64,000 nt of DNA from an uncultured delta proteobacterium (GCA_963803975.1 CAWDOY010000015.1:1-64000); one strand, 5' to 3'; positions 44,439 through 56,020 are shown, counted from the first letter of the stretch. Program-made: numbers and translations. Notes: generated by a model from the sequence alone, not told the origin.

Positions 44439-45155
44439 GCAGCGTCTGCTTGTAGAGTAATCTTACTTCTGTTTACCTTCAAAAGCCTTCAGCACATTGG
44501 GGACGGTATCTTTAGAGCTTATTGTATGGTGCAGCCGGGGGTATCAGCCTTTGGATAAAAATAGAGCAAAAGCTTTTTGCCCCTGAAGTACGAGAGTTTT
44601 ACTTTTTACCCTGCTGATCGAGAAGTTCTAATGATGGTGCCTTTACGCCTGGCTTAAGTTGAACTATAGTTTTCATCTCATAAAATATTACTATTAATTA
44701 TTTAAGAGTTGTTAAAAGAAACAAACTATATCCCCAGTAAAGAATTAGACTGACATGGGCTACATAAAGTAACGATTTCGTATTATGTTTCCAAATTGAA
44801 AGGGTTATCTGCATAATGGCATTTATTGTTATACCCAAAGAAAGAAGACAAAAGATAAATTCGCTAACACTTTTTGCAGTAAAAACACCAAGACGCTATT
44901 ATAATCTGGTGCTATTGATACTATTGCAAAAGAAACTCCAGATTTAGATAGTAAAGATCCATAGCTTAAAATTAATAACAAGGTAAAATATATCAATACA
45001 TTTATTAAAAAACTTAATCTTACAAAACGACGAGACATTTGTTTCCCATTGTTTTTGGAACTTAAAAGGAACGGTTATGTTTATTAGCTTTTTCCCAATT
45101 CTTGAGACTACCCTTCGGCTTTATTAGCGCTTCTAACTTATATACCCTCTGCATC

Positions 45156-46539
45156 TTATTTAAAGTTGTTTTTATCTCCAAGCAATTTGTCTAACTCTGC
45201 TTCTGGCAGTATCTTTTTTTCAAGAGCGATTTCCCGGATGGTTTTACCGGTCTCGCGTGCTTCTTTGGCAATGGCGGCTGCTGTATCATAGCCGATAACC
45301 GGCACCAGGGGCGTGACCAGCGCAATAGTCGTATCAACCGTTGAAGCGCATTGCTCCTTGTTCGCCGTAATCCCGTCAATACATTTTTCAGCAAACAAGG
45401 TAACTGCCGCAGCGAGTATCGTGATTGACTGCAGCAGGTTGTAGGCAATAAGCGGGAAGCATGGTGTTCAGCTCAAAATTGCCTCCCTGCCCGCCAATGG
45501 TAATAGCCGCATCATTTCCAATCACCTGGGCAGCCACCTGCAGCACCACTTCAGGCAGAACCGGATTGACTTTACCCGGCATGATGGAAGAACCGGGCTG
45601 AAGATCGGGTAGTATTATTTCACCAATGCCGCAGCGCGGCCCGGATGCGAGCCAGCGAATATCATTGGCAATTTTCATCAGGCTCACGCAATGGTCTTTA
45701 ATACCCCGCTTGCCTCAACCGCCGCATCCTGTGCTGCCTGGGCCGCGAAATGGTTTTTCGCTTCAATAAACGGGCACCCGGTCTCCTGCGCAATTAATGC
45801 AATCACCCTGCGGGCAAACTCTGCGTGCGTATTCATGCCGGTGCCGACCGCGGTGCCGCCGAGGGCAAGCTCCGCAAGCCGCGGCTCTATTGCTTTAAGC
45901 CGTTCAATGCCAAGCTCCACCTGCCGTGCATAACCGCTGAATTCCTGCCCCAGGGTCACGGGCACGGCATCCTGCAGATGCGTCCTGCCGATTTTGGCAA
46001 TCCCGGCAAATTCATGCGATTTTTTTTGAAGGCTCTGGCAGAGCTTCTCCAGCGACGGCAGAAGATCATTTCTCGCGGAGATGAGCGCGGCAATATGAAT
46101 GGCGGAGGGGATAACGTCGTTACTTGACTGACCGCAGTTTACATGGTCATTCGGGTGCACCGGTGATTTTCCGCCGATGTTCCCGGTGATGATTTCATTG
46201 GCGCGTCCGGCAATGACTTCATTAACATTCATGTTGGTTGAAGTGCCGGAGCCGGTCTGAAACACGTCAACCACAAACTGTTCGTCAAACGTGCCGTCTA
46301 TCACTTCCTGTGCAGCCTGCATGATAGCCGGGAGCCAATTCCGGAGAGAGAAGGCCAAGGTCCCGGTTAACCTGCGCCGCGTACTTTTTTATCAGCGCAA
46401 TGGCTTTAATAAAGGAGAGCGGAAAGCACAGGCCGCTTATGGGAAAGTTGTCCACAGCGCGCTTAGTCTGCGCTCCGTAGTAGGCATCTTCGGGAACGTT
46501 GACCGTTCCCATGCTGTCAGTTTCCTCTCGAAAGCTCAT
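45156..46539 (-). CDS. fumC: Class II fumarate hydratase (frameshifted)
   Basis: [19 protein letters not shown] and [11 protein letters not shown]. Confidence 0.9.
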
Positions 46540-46639
46540 TGGTTTCCTTTCGGAAACCGGGGTTAGGGTTTGGGGATTAGGGTTTCGGGAAAGCATATCG
46601 TTACACAAACCCCGAGTCCCGAACCACTGAGCCCCGGGA

Positions 46640-47494
46640 TTAAAGTTCTTTCAACAACTTCCTCAGCGGCTCCGGGCTGTAGGTTCTGTCCACCAGCGGG
46701 CCATCCTTGAGGGCGAAAAACTGGTCTGTGAAAGACGGTTTGTCCTTTCTGTAAAGAATACCGATGGGGATGCGCTCTCCCCATTCCTGTGCTTTCGCCA
46801 TGGCCTGCACATAGTCAGCGGGAGAATAATTTTCCTTCTCCAGCTCATAGACCCGCTTATTATACCACTGGTGTGTATTCACATGATTAAATGAGACGCA
46901 GGGCTGCAGTATGTCAATCAGGCTGAAGCCGTTATACTGCAAGGCCTGCTGTATGATCGAGCTTAAATGCTCCTTCCGCCCGGAAAAGCCGCGTGCCACG
47001 AACCCTGCCTTCAAAGAAAGCGCGACCGCCATTGGGTTGAACGGTTCCATGATAACGCCATGCTGGTTCACGCGGGTGATTGTGCCGCGCTCTGAGGTGG
47101 GAGAGGCCTGGCCCTTGGTAAGGCCGTAGACCATGTTGTTGTGGGCGAGTACCGTGAGGTCGATATTGCGCCTGACGGCATGCATGAAGTGATTGCCGCC
47201 CTCGCCGTAGCAATCGCCATCGCCGGTGTTCACCAGAATTTTTAAATTGTGATTGGCAATTTTGGCAGCAGTTGCAAGCGGCAGCGCCCGACCGTGCAAG
47301 GCATGGAACATGTTGCATTTCATAAATTCCGGTGTCTTTGCCGCCTGGCCGATGCCGGAAATGACGAGCACCTGTTCAGGACTCAGGCCCAGCTTTGCCA
47401 GCGCATCCTTCATGGCATCAAGGATGCCGAAATTGCCACACCCCGGGCACCACTTTATCTCGGTCTTTGAATCGAAATCAGCAGCAGTAACCAT
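46640..47494 (-). CDS. 2-oxoacid:ferredoxin oxidoreductase beta subunit
   Basis: WCPGCGNF, GDGDCYGEGGNH and YGLTKGQASPT. Confidence 0.95.
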   Translation of the reverse strand: MVTAADFDSKTEIKWCPGCGNFGILDAMKDALAKLGLSPEQVLVISGIGQAAKTPEFMKCNMFHALHGRALPLATAAKIANHNLKILVNTGDGDCYGEGGNHFMHAVRRNIDLTVLAHNNMVYGLTKGQASPTSERGTITRVNQHGVIMEPFNPMAVALSLKAGFVARGFSGRKEHLSSIIQQALQYNGFSLIDILQPCVSFNHVNTHQWYNKRVYELEKENYSPADYVQAMAKAQEWGERIPIGILYRKDKPSFTDQFFALKDGPLVDRTYSPEPLRKLLKEL

Positions 47495-47497
47495 CTC

Positions 47498-49187
47498 TCA
47501 CCTCGCCAGTTCTTTGATTTTGTTTGCAATCTCAACCGGGTAGAACGGACGGCCGTCATATTTTAACAGCAGTCCGTCAGGGGCGCGCAGCAGTTCCTGG
47601 CGGATAATCTGCGCCAGCTGCCCGGTAGCATTATTTTCCACTACATAAAATCTCGCTGCTTTCTCCAGCACCTTTTTTGCAGCCGCAGCGGGAAACGGCC
47701 AGAGATCTGAGAAATGCAGAGCCCCGCAATCAATACCTTCAGCGCGCAATAGATCAACCGCCTCCTGTATAGTACCGGCAGTAGAGCCCCAGCCGACCAG
47801 CAGCAGGTGAGCATCCCCGTAATAGGGGTGCGGCGGCTCCATCTCCTGCAGCATGTGGGGAACTTTTGCCAGGCGTTTCTGCACCATCTTGTTGCGCTCA
47901 ACAATCTCTTCGGTGGTATGGCCGTCCTCTGAATGCTCATTGCCGTTTGCCACCACCAGCGCGCTTCCCCGGCAGGGGAGCCTGCGGGGCGACACTCCGT
48001 CTGCGGTCACTGCGTAGCGCTTATATCCGGCGCCGTCTCCGTCCGCAATATAACGCTCAATCCGGTCCGGCACGCTAAATTCCTTTTCAATAATGTAGAG
48101 TGAATCGAGCAGAAACTGGTCCACCAGAATGATGGCCGGCACCTGGTATTTCTCTGCCAGATTGAGCGCCCGCGCGGTTATGCTGAACGCCTCCTCAGGA
48201 GACCCCGGGGCAAAGACAAAGCGGGGAAATTCATCCTGGGAAGCACTGATGACAAACTGCAGATCGCCCTGCCCGGTGCGGGTCGGAAGTCCGGTGGCCG
48301 GCCCCGGCCGCTGGGCATTCACGATGACGATCGGCGTCTCGGTCATGCCTGCAAGCCCCAGCGCTTCCACCATCAGGCAGAACCCGCCGCCGGAGGTCGC
48401 GGTCATTGATCTAACACCTGCAAACGATGAGCCGATAATCATGTTTGCCGCAGCGATCTCATCCTCTGCCTGCTCCACCGCCAGCGGGAACTTATCGGCG
48501 ACTGCTGTCAGATGCGTCAGGATGCTTGTCGCAGGAGACATGGGATAAAATGCAGCAAAGCGCAGATCCCCGGCAAGCGCGCCGAGCGCTACTGACTGTG
48601 ACCCCTCCATGAGTATTCCCCGGGGATTCTGTCCCGGCCAGTTGAAGGCAGCGCTGCATTTCATCCCGGCAACCGCCTCGTAACCGAGCCGTGCTGCTGC
48701 GCTGTTCTGCGCGATCATCTCAATGCTTTTGCCGGCAAACTGCTTCTCTATTATTGAAAGAAAAAGCTCAAGCGGTGCGCCCAGAAGCGCGAGACAGGAG
48801 CCGGCTGCAACCGTATTGGCGGTAATGCTGCCCCCGGCCTTGTCTGCCAGAGCAAATACCGGTATTGTCAGCACTCCCTGCTCGTCACCCGCGTCCTGTG
48901 CCGCCATCATGATTATACCGTCCGCCACTACTTCAGAACGGTGCAGGTCAAGCGTCCGGCGGTCAAGACAGATCAGCATGTTCACCTGGTGGTGGGGAGC
49001 ACGCACCTGTTTGTCGCTGATGCGGAGCTGAAAGAAGCTGTGGCCGCCGCGGATGCGCGATTCAAAATCATTGATGGCAAATACATATAAGCCCTGCCTG
49101 CCGGCAGGTCAGGGCCAGAAGCTGGCCCACGGTCTGTATCCCCTGCCCTGCCTCACCGCCGATTTTAACGGTTACGTCTACAGCCAT
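47498..49187 (-). CDS. 2-oxoacid:ferredoxin oxidoreductase alpha subunit (frameshift near the N-terminus)
   Basis: IGGEAGQG, ESRIRGGH, YPMSPAT, QAEDEIAA and QRPGPATGLPT. Confidence 0.9.
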
Positions 49188-49431
49188 GAATTATTCTCCC
49201 TGAAATAACCAATGTACCGATTCACTATTCACCTATTTACCCTAAATCAGTGACCTGTGGCCAGTGACCAGTGACTCGAACTCATCGCTCATCACTCGTT
49301 ATTCAGCACTTTTCTATGTGCCTGTTGCCTATTGCCTTTTACCTCTTCGCCCATTCACCCTTTACCCTTCACCTTTCACCTTTCACCTATTCACCTTTCA
49401 CCTTTCACCTATTCCCATTCCCATTCACTTT

Positions 49432-49599
49432 TTAATCTGCCAGTATTGCAATAGCCCCGTGCAATGTTGCCGTAACCAGCAACGTAAGGCCTGCCCGCTT
49501 ATGAGCGGTAAAGGACATCTGTATATACTTCATGCCTGAGGCAACCTGAAACAGCACCAGCGCAAGATTAATAATTCCCAGCACTAATATTATATTCAT
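49432..49599 (-). CDS. Unannotated 55-aa two-helix membrane protein MNIILVLGIINLALVLFQVASGMKYIQMSFTAHKRAGLTLLVTATLHGAIAILAD
   Basis: Clean ATG-to-TAA frame with GGGGG RBS-like site, downstream of the SOR-like gene. Confidence 0.6.
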   Translation of the reverse strand: MNIILVLGIINLALVLFQVASGMKYIQMSFTAHKRAGLTLLVTATLHGAIAILAD

Positions 49600-49641
49600 T
49601 TCCCACCCCCTTCGGTATTTTTTTATCGCACGGATATAGTT

Positions 49642-50001
49642 TTAGTCAGCCGGGCCTTTGCTGCCGTGAATATTGCAATTGGCCTCTGCCTTGATTTCTA
49701 CCGGGCCCGTGACCTTATATTTTATCTCTCTGGTAAAGGTTGCATCAGAAGGTTTTTTATTCCATGAATACTCCCATCGCTCCACTTCCTTTCCATTGAC
49801 CATGACGTATACCCAGTTTGTATAATGCATAAAATTATTTGCACTGTGTGTCACGGTTATCTTGATGGTAACTTCAGAGCCGACAGCAGCGCTTTCAGGC
49901 GCTTCTATTGTGACCGCCGCCTTGTTGGCAAACGCATCGGTTGCCAGACCCATACCGAGCAGCACTGCAAACACGAAAACTATTGTTTTAAAATAACGCA
50001 T
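49642..50001 (-). CDS. Secreted desulfoferrodoxin/superoxide-reductase-like protein
   Basis: Signal peptide; H......HYTNW and ANCNIHG. Confidence 0.7.
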   Translation of the reverse strand: MRYFKTIVFVFAVLLGMGLATDAFANKAAVTIEAPESAAVGSEVTIKITVTHSANNFMHYTNWVYVMVNGKEVERWEYSWNKKPSDATFTREIKYKVTGPVEIKAEANCNIHGSKGPAD

Positions 50002-50181
50002 AATGCCTCCTTTGGTAATATGACCCGTGGATCATGACCAGTGATCAGTGACGCGTGAAAAGTGGAAGGTGAAAAGTGAAATGCCGATTCACCCATTCAC
50101 CGATTCACCGCACTTTTCCTATGTGCCTATTGCCTCTTGCCTATTGCCTTTTTACCTCTTTGCCTTTTTGCGTCACCTCTT

Positions 50182-51294
50182 TCATAGCACATTCAACCTG
50201 TTCCGCAAAGAAAACCCTCTGAGCTGCGGATTCCCGCTGCCCTTGTACTGCGCAAGCACCTTGTGCGTCTCGCCGAAGCCATCAGGAGAAATGAGCGAGC
50301 TGACGTTGCCCGGCCCGGAAAAAGAATCTTCGCTGCTGCTGAAGCGCTCCTTCATTACTTCATCAATGCCGAGAGAGACAAGAAATGTTCCCTGCGGGCA
50401 GTAGCCGATGGTTTTGAATCCAGCCTCTTCCCCCCATTTTTTTATTGCGGAAAAATTGACATGGGCGCTGATATCCTGCATCCCGACATGCGCATACGGG
50501 TCCTCGCTGTCCTGGTGCTTATAGTAGCAGACCAGGGTGCCCCTGCTGCGCGCGGGGCCATAATAATCCCATGCCGGATAGCCATAGTCGATGCTCAGGA
50601 TAAAGCCTTCAGAGAGCGCCTGCCCTGCATCTCTGAGCCAGTTCTTCGGCTCCAGGTTTATCTCGGTGCGGTACCCCGGCGGCAGTTCAATGCCGAACTC
50701 CTCCAGATACGCTGCCGCCCCGGAACTGCATGCGCGCTGCTCCTCAACAAACCCGTCACCATGTACTGTAACATATATTTCTTTTATTGTGTCTCCATCC
50801 CGGTAAATACTATGCACGGGAAATGCGTCAAGCAGTTCATTGGATACAATGCAGCCCCGCACCCCTGCAGTTTCCGCCAGGGCCTGCGTCCAGCACACGC
50901 GGTCTATAAACGGAGCCAGCAGCTGCTCCTGCTTCTGTCGCATGAAAGGGCTCATCTCAACAATGGTGTATCTGATGGTGCTGAAGAATGCGGTATCCTT
51001 AAGATACGCAAGCAGGTCAGCGGCAAGATACCCCCTGCCGGCGCCGGCCTCGATGATGTGAAACTCCTCCGGCTCTTCCAGTGCCCGCCACATCTCCTCT
51101 GCCTGCCGGCCAATGAGCGCGCCAAACACCGGATGCACATGCGGGCTGGTGTAGAAATCACCCCTGCTGCCGATATCTGTCTCCGGAGAGGTATAGTATC
51201 CATGGTGCGGGTAGTAAAGCGCCATCTCCATGAAATCTTTGAATGATATCGGCCCTTCGCGTTTGATCCGGTCGATTATGAGTTGCCTGAGCAT
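50182..51294 (-). CDS. SAM-dependent methyltransferase, MidA/NDUFAF7 family
   Basis: FMEMALY, GDFYTSP, SNELLDAFP, IDYG and QDISAHVNF. Confidence 0.9.
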   Translation of the reverse strand: MLRQLIIDRIKREGPISFKDFMEMALYYPHHGYYTSPETDIGSRGDFYTSPHVHPVFGALIGRQAEEMWRALEEPEEFHIIEAGAGRGYLAADLLAYLKDTAFFSTIRYTIVEMSPFMRQKQEQLLAPFIDRVCWTQALAETAGVRGCIVSNELLDAFPVHSIYRDGDTIKEIYVTVHGDGFVEEQRACSSGAAAYLEEFGIELPPGYRTEINLEPKNWLRDAGQALSEGFILSIDYGYPAWDYYGPARSRGTLVCYYKHQDSEDPYAHVGMQDISAHVNFSAIKKWGEEAGFKTIGYCPQGTFLVSLGIDEVMKERFSSSEDSFSGPGNVSSLISPDGFGETHKVLAQYKGSGNPQLRGFSLRNRLNVL

Positions 51295-51395
51295 TTTTTT
51301 AATTCAGAGCCCGTCTCTCGTGCCTCGTCGTTCGTGTCCCGGGTCACGAGTCACGATTCCGTATTGACATCACGTCACGCAACCCCTAACCCCTG

Positions 51396-52742
51396 TTATT
51401 GTGGTGCCGGCACCAGTTTCCATACCTGCCCGGTGCTGCCGCTGGGCCCGGTCGTGGTTGCGGTCAGCACATAGGCCTCCTTATCAAGCCCCTGGCCGAC
51501 TCCCAGCACAAAACTGTTGAGCCGGTTATTCCTCTGCCCGGCAATACCGGCCTCCTTCACCTTCCAGGTTTTATCCGGCTGCTCCTCAGCGATAAACAGC
51601 TTGCCATCCGGCGCAGCAAAACTTCCTGACCAGTCTGCGAAAATATATTTACCGATGAGCGCCGGGATAGCACTTCCCCGGTATACAAAGCCGCCGGCTA
51701 TCGCCTTGCCGACTATAGCCGTCCTGCTGCCGCTATGGCTGTATTCAATCACAGGGTCAATCAGAGCCTCACCGCGGGCGCCAATGGCGGGGCACTGTGC
51801 CGGCGGAGAGCTGGGGTTCTGCGGATCAAAGCAAAGGGTTCCCTCCTTGATGTTCCACCCGTAATTGCCGCCTTTGGTTATTATGTCCACCTCTTCAATA
51901 AGATTCTGCCCTACATCCGTGCAGAACAGGCGCTGCTCACCGCCGGCATCAAATGAAAACCGCCACGGGTTGCGAAACCCGTAGGCATAGATTGCCGGCT
52001 GAATATCAGGATCACTGACAAACGGGTTATCCGGCGGTACCTGCACTGTGCCGGGCGTGCTCACATCATACCTGAGTATCTTTCCCAGCAGCTTATTCAG
52101 ATCCTGACCATTGCCGAGGCCCTCGGTGTGGCCTGTGCCCACGTCATTGGCGCCGCCGCCATCGCCAATCCCGATATAAAGATACCCGTCAGGGCCGAAG
52201 GCAATCTCTCCGCCATTATGGTTAGACGACGGCTTGAGCACCTCAAGGAGCACCTGCTCGCTGTCGGGGTCTGCTGCATTCTGGCCGCCCGGTTGTGCAA
52301 GAAATTCAGAAACGCGGACACGGCAGTCAAAGTTCTGCGGGTCTCCGGCTTTGAGGGGCACGTTATAAAAAACAAAAAAGCGCCGGTTGTTTTTGAAATC
52401 CGGGTGGAACGCCAGGCCCAGAAGCCCCCGCTCATCATAGCTCGTGCTGAGGGTGACCATCTTTCCGGTCACATCAAGGTACGGCTGTGCCTCAAGCGTG
52501 CCGCTGGCATTAACAACATATAGCAAGCCAATCTGGTCAACAATAAACAGCCTGTTGCTGCCGTCATCCGGCACTGCCACTGCCACCGGGTGGTTGAGCC
52601 CCCCTGCAACCAACGCTATGCCGACGGCGATGTCAGGTTTTGGCTGGCAACCAGTCTGAACGAGCATCAGGCTGATGATGATGAGCGCCTTGATGCCGCT
52701 TCTCAACACTACTACCCTGCATACATCTCTAAGCTTTTTCAT
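51396..52742 (-). CDS. PQQ-dependent glucose/sorbosone dehydrogenase family lipoprotein
   Basis: ERGLLGLAFHPDF, NHNGG..FGPDGYLY and YGFRNPWRFSFD. Confidence 0.9.
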   Translation of the reverse strand: MKKLRDVCRVVVLRSGIKALIIISLMLVQTGCQPKPDIAVGIALVAGGLNHPVAVAVPDDGSNRLFIVDQIGLLYVVNASGTLEAQPYLDVTGKMVTLSTSYDERGLLGLAFHPDFKNNRRFFVFYNVPLKAGDPQNFDCRVRVSEFLAQPGGQNAADPDSEQVLLEVLKPSSNHNGGEIAFGPDGYLYIGIGDGGGANDVGTGHTEGLGNGQDLNKLLGKILRYDVSTPGTVQVPPDNPFVSDPDIQPAIYAYGFRNPWRFSFDAGGEQRLFCTDVGQNLIEEVDIITKGGNYGWNIKEGTLCFDPQNPSSPPAQCPAIGARGEALIDPVIEYSHSGSRTAIVGKAIAGGFVYRGSAIPALIGKYIFADWSGSFAAPDGKLFIAEEQPDKTWKVKEAGIAGQRNNRLNSFVLGVGQGLDKEAYVLTATTTGPSGSTGQVWKLVPAPQ

Positions 52743-52911
52743 AGCAAACCTCCATAAAAAGTTAACCGTGACACGTGACGCGTGAAAAGTGGAAGGTGAA
52801 ACGTGAAATGCCGATTCACCCATTCACCGATTCACCTATGTGCCTATGTGCCATGTGCCTGCCGATGTCACCTATTCACCTGTTCACCTGTTTACCTTCA
52901 CCTATTCACCG

Positions 52912-54656
52912 TCACAGAGCTTCCGCCGGCTGCGCAGGCTTCCTGAATATTTTGACGGATAAAACAATAACCCCAAGAGACAGGCACAGCAGGATAAGAT
53001 CGGTGACAATGAGGATATAATTTCCCTTCTGCACATAGTTCCGCAACAGTATGAGCAGCGAGGCCACCGTGGTTGCCATCATGAATAGTGCCGGGATCAC
53101 GGCAAAGAAATAATTTCTGCCGCGTATTAACAGCCAGCTTGACACTGCCAGAAGGCTCAGCGCGGCCAGGAGCTGGTTGGCTGCCCCGAAGATGGGCCAG
53201 AGCGCGCTGAAGGCATTGGAATAGGCAAGAATGCCCATCAGCGCCACCGCAAGAAAGGAGTTAAACCAGTAATGCTGCAGGAGGCGGGGAGGATTCTTGA
53301 ACAGGATTGCCCACAGCTCTTCAAACAAATAGCGGTTCAGGCGCACGGCAGCATCAAGGGTGGTGATAACAAACCCCTCGACAAGCAGAATGCCGAATAC
53401 AGTGCCGAGCGCCACTGGAATGCCCAGCCCTTTATAGAACAGTTTCCCGGCGGCAAGGGAGAACCCGAGGATCGGATTTGATTTGATCGCAGGATCAGCA
53501 GGCCAGACAATTGCTTTGTAATCAGAAAAATCAAGACCGATGGACAGCGCCAGCAGCACGCACACCGCCAGCAGCGATTCCAGAAGCATGGCATTAAACC
53601 CCACAGTGCGCGCATCGCACTCGCAGGAGAGCTGCTTGCCGGTAGTGCCGCCGGCAACCAGCGCGTGGAACCCTGAAATGGCGCCGCAGGCAATGGTTAT
53701 AAACATCATGGGCCATATGAGCCCGAGCTGCTGCACACCGTCTTCAAGGTTGAAGCTGGGCGCGGCGAGGGGCACGCCTTTTATGCCGGTGGAAAATATG
53801 GACAGCACCAGCAGGGCAATGCCGGCGTACAGTATCTGCACGTTGATAAAGTCGCGCGGCTGCAGGACCAGCCATACCGGCACTCCTGCGGCAAAGAGTA
53901 CGTAGATGGAAATGATGATCATCCACACGGTGGGAGAGAATGTCAGGGGATACATGATGCCCAGAATGATGGAGCATGAAACAGATCAGGGAGGCCAGCC
54001 CGTAGGCTGTCACTGTTTTAATGCCTTTGCGGTGAATAAGCCATCCCAGAAGCGGCGAACAAAGCGTGATAATAATCACTGACATGGAGGCAATGCCGCC
54101 GATTTTGCCCATCTGCCACGCCGTCTTTGACCACTGTTTTTAAAAAGGTCTCACCCTCCTGCACGCCGATTTTGCTCAGGGGCCACAGCGATGTGAGAGA
54201 GATAGCGGTTGCGGTAAGGAATGACGAGGTGAGCAGCACCAGCATCAGGATGGTGAAAATGATGAAGAGGTTAAAGCCCGCGGTGCCGAGTGTTTTACGG
54301 GCAATCTCTGCGACTGATTTCCCGCCTTCGCGCAGGCTCACAAACAGCACCGTAAAGTCATGCACAGCGCCGATCATGATGCCGCCGAACACTACCCAGA
54401 GCCATGCGGGAATAAAGCCGTATAAAATGGCCATGGTCGGCCCGATGATGGGGCCGGCACCGGCAATTGCGGAAAAATGGTGGGCAAAGACTACCGGCTT
54501 CCTGGTCGGCACATAATCCCTGCCGTCATTAAGGCACTGCGCAGGCGTAGGATTTTTATCATCTTCGCCCAGGGAGCGCGCAATATAGCGCGCGTAGAAG
54601 CGGCTTGACAGAGCAAAGAATAGAGCTGCCGCTATGATATAGAACAGAATGTTCAT
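52912..54656 (-). CDS. cstA: Carbon starvation protein A family transporter (frameshifted)
   Basis: HHFSAIAGAGPIIGP, LQPRD, FITIACGAISGFH and LWPIFGAANQLLA. Confidence 0.9.
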
Positions 54657-54965
54657 GCAACATGCCTCCTCTATCCAATATCCTCACTATGCCTCTTATT
54701 ATGTAATGTATAGAATAAAAGGTGTTCGCGTGTCAATTGAAAGGGGCTTGACAACAGCGTCTATCTGGTAAAATAATGCCATTGAAGCTGGCGGGAGTGA
54801 CCGTGACTCGTGGCTCGTGCCCCGGGCAATCAAAGAGTGGGTGAAGAGGTGAAGGGTGAATGAGGTAAAGAGGATTAACTTTATTAACCTCTTAACCTTT
54901 TGTCCTTTTAGCCTTTCACCTTCCACATTTCACTTTTCACCTAAATTAGCAACAAGGAGTTTTTT

Positions 54966-55484
54966 ATGGACCTGACCATTCTCGATGGGATGGATAAAGA
55001 CGAGCTCAGATCATACCTTGAGTTTCTTCTCTGGCATTACCGGGTCGTTGATTCATTCTGGTTTATCTATGTGACCGAGCAGTTTGACCAGCCGACTGCC
55101 GAGCGCCTCAATGAAAAGGTCTGGAGCCGCGTGGGCGGCATGGCGGCAAAAGACCTCATCAAACGCTTTAATGTGACAGAGACCGGCATCAGGCGATTTG
55201 CCGCCGCGCATAAGCTGTACCCGTGGTCACTGCTGGTCGGGTATCAGTATGAGGAACGGGAGGACGAGCTTATCATAACAGTACCCAGCTGTCCCACGCA
55301 GGTTGCGCGCATTAAACGGGGCCTTGATGAATACGTGTGCAAGGAGATGCATCGGGGTGAATTTGAAAACTTTGCCCGCGAGGTTGACCCGCGCATCACG
55401 GTTGAATGCGTCTTTGCTCCGCCTGACCCGCACCCCGAAGGATGTTTTTGTAAATGGAAGTTTACGATTGGCAAAGAAAAGTGA
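54966..55484 (+). CDS. Conserved hypothetical protein (DUF6125-like)
   Basis: DSFWF, CPTQVAR..C and [16 protein letters not shown]. Confidence 0.6.
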   Translation: MDLTILDGMDKDELRSYLEFLLWHYRVVDSFWFIYVTEQFDQPTAERLNEKVWSRVGGMAAKDLIKRFNVTETGIRRFAAAHKLYPWSLLVGYQYEEREDELIITVPSCPTQVARIKRGLDEYVCKEMHRGEFENFAREVDPRITVECVFAPPDPHPEGCFCKWKFTIGKEK

Positions 55485-56020
55485 AAGGTGGAAGGTGAAA
55501 AGTGGAACGTGAAAGGTGAAATGCAAAGAGTGAAATGATATGCGTCAAATGATAAGGGGCCAGTATGATGAAATTCTTTGAGGATCTGGAGGTCTGGAAC
55601 AGGGCCTGCCAATTATATTTGGATGTTTATAAAAAGTTCAGACCTTTACAGGACTGGGGGTTCAGGGATCAACTGTGCCGTTCTGCTCTTTCTGTTCCAT
55701 CCAATATTGCTGAGGGATTTGAACGTGGTTCTACACAGGAGTTTATTCGTTTTTTGTACATAGCAAAAGGCTCTTCTGGAGAATTGAGGACGCAGTTACA
55801 TCTGGCAATTAAAATAGGCTATGTAGATACTACTGGTGGCCAGAACCTCGTCGATGACTGTAAACATGTTTCGAGAATGCTGCAAAACCTGATTAGCAGT
55901 TTAAAAATAAAACAGGGAAAAAGCAGCAATGTGAAACGTGAAAAGTGAATTCAATTCTTCCACTTTCCACATTTCACGTTTCACCTTTCACGTTCCACTT
56001 TTCACGTTCCACTTTTCACA
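55481..56020. repeat. Inverted heptamer tandem repeats flanking the four-helix-bundle gene
   Basis: GTG(A/G)AA(G/A/C) x6 upstream; (T)TTCAC(G/C/T)T and TTCCAC units x8-9 downstream. Confidence 0.8.
55565..55948 (+). CDS. Four helix bundle protein (23S rRNA IVS protein/TIGR02436-like)
   Basis: FEDLEVW, DQLCRSALSVPSNIAEG and FLYIAKGSSGELRTQL. Confidence 0.9.
   Translation: MMKFFEDLEVWNRACQLYLDVYKKFRPLQDWGFRDQLCRSALSVPSNIAEGFERGSTQEFIRFLYIAKGSSGELRTQLHLAIKIGYVDTTGGQNLVDDCKHVSRMLQNLISSLKIKQGKSSNVKREK

Noticed and set aside
50263..51246. 327-aa antisense ORF and other long shadow ORFs (e.g. 17831-18742, 15679-16404)
   Set aside because: They lie opposite well-supported genes and show no recognisable motifs; typical of GC-rich codon bias.
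49264..55612. Short ORFs such as 49264-49539, 50048-50404, 52775-53020, 54699-54926 and 55227-55526 (also 20577-20903)
   Set aside because: They are translations of the intergenic heptamer repeats (PFTFHL, REKWKVK), not credible proteins.
55565..55948. Diversity-generating retroelement (Avd-like gene)
   Set aside because: No reverse transcriptase is present and I saw no TR/VR pair with adenine-specific mismatches.
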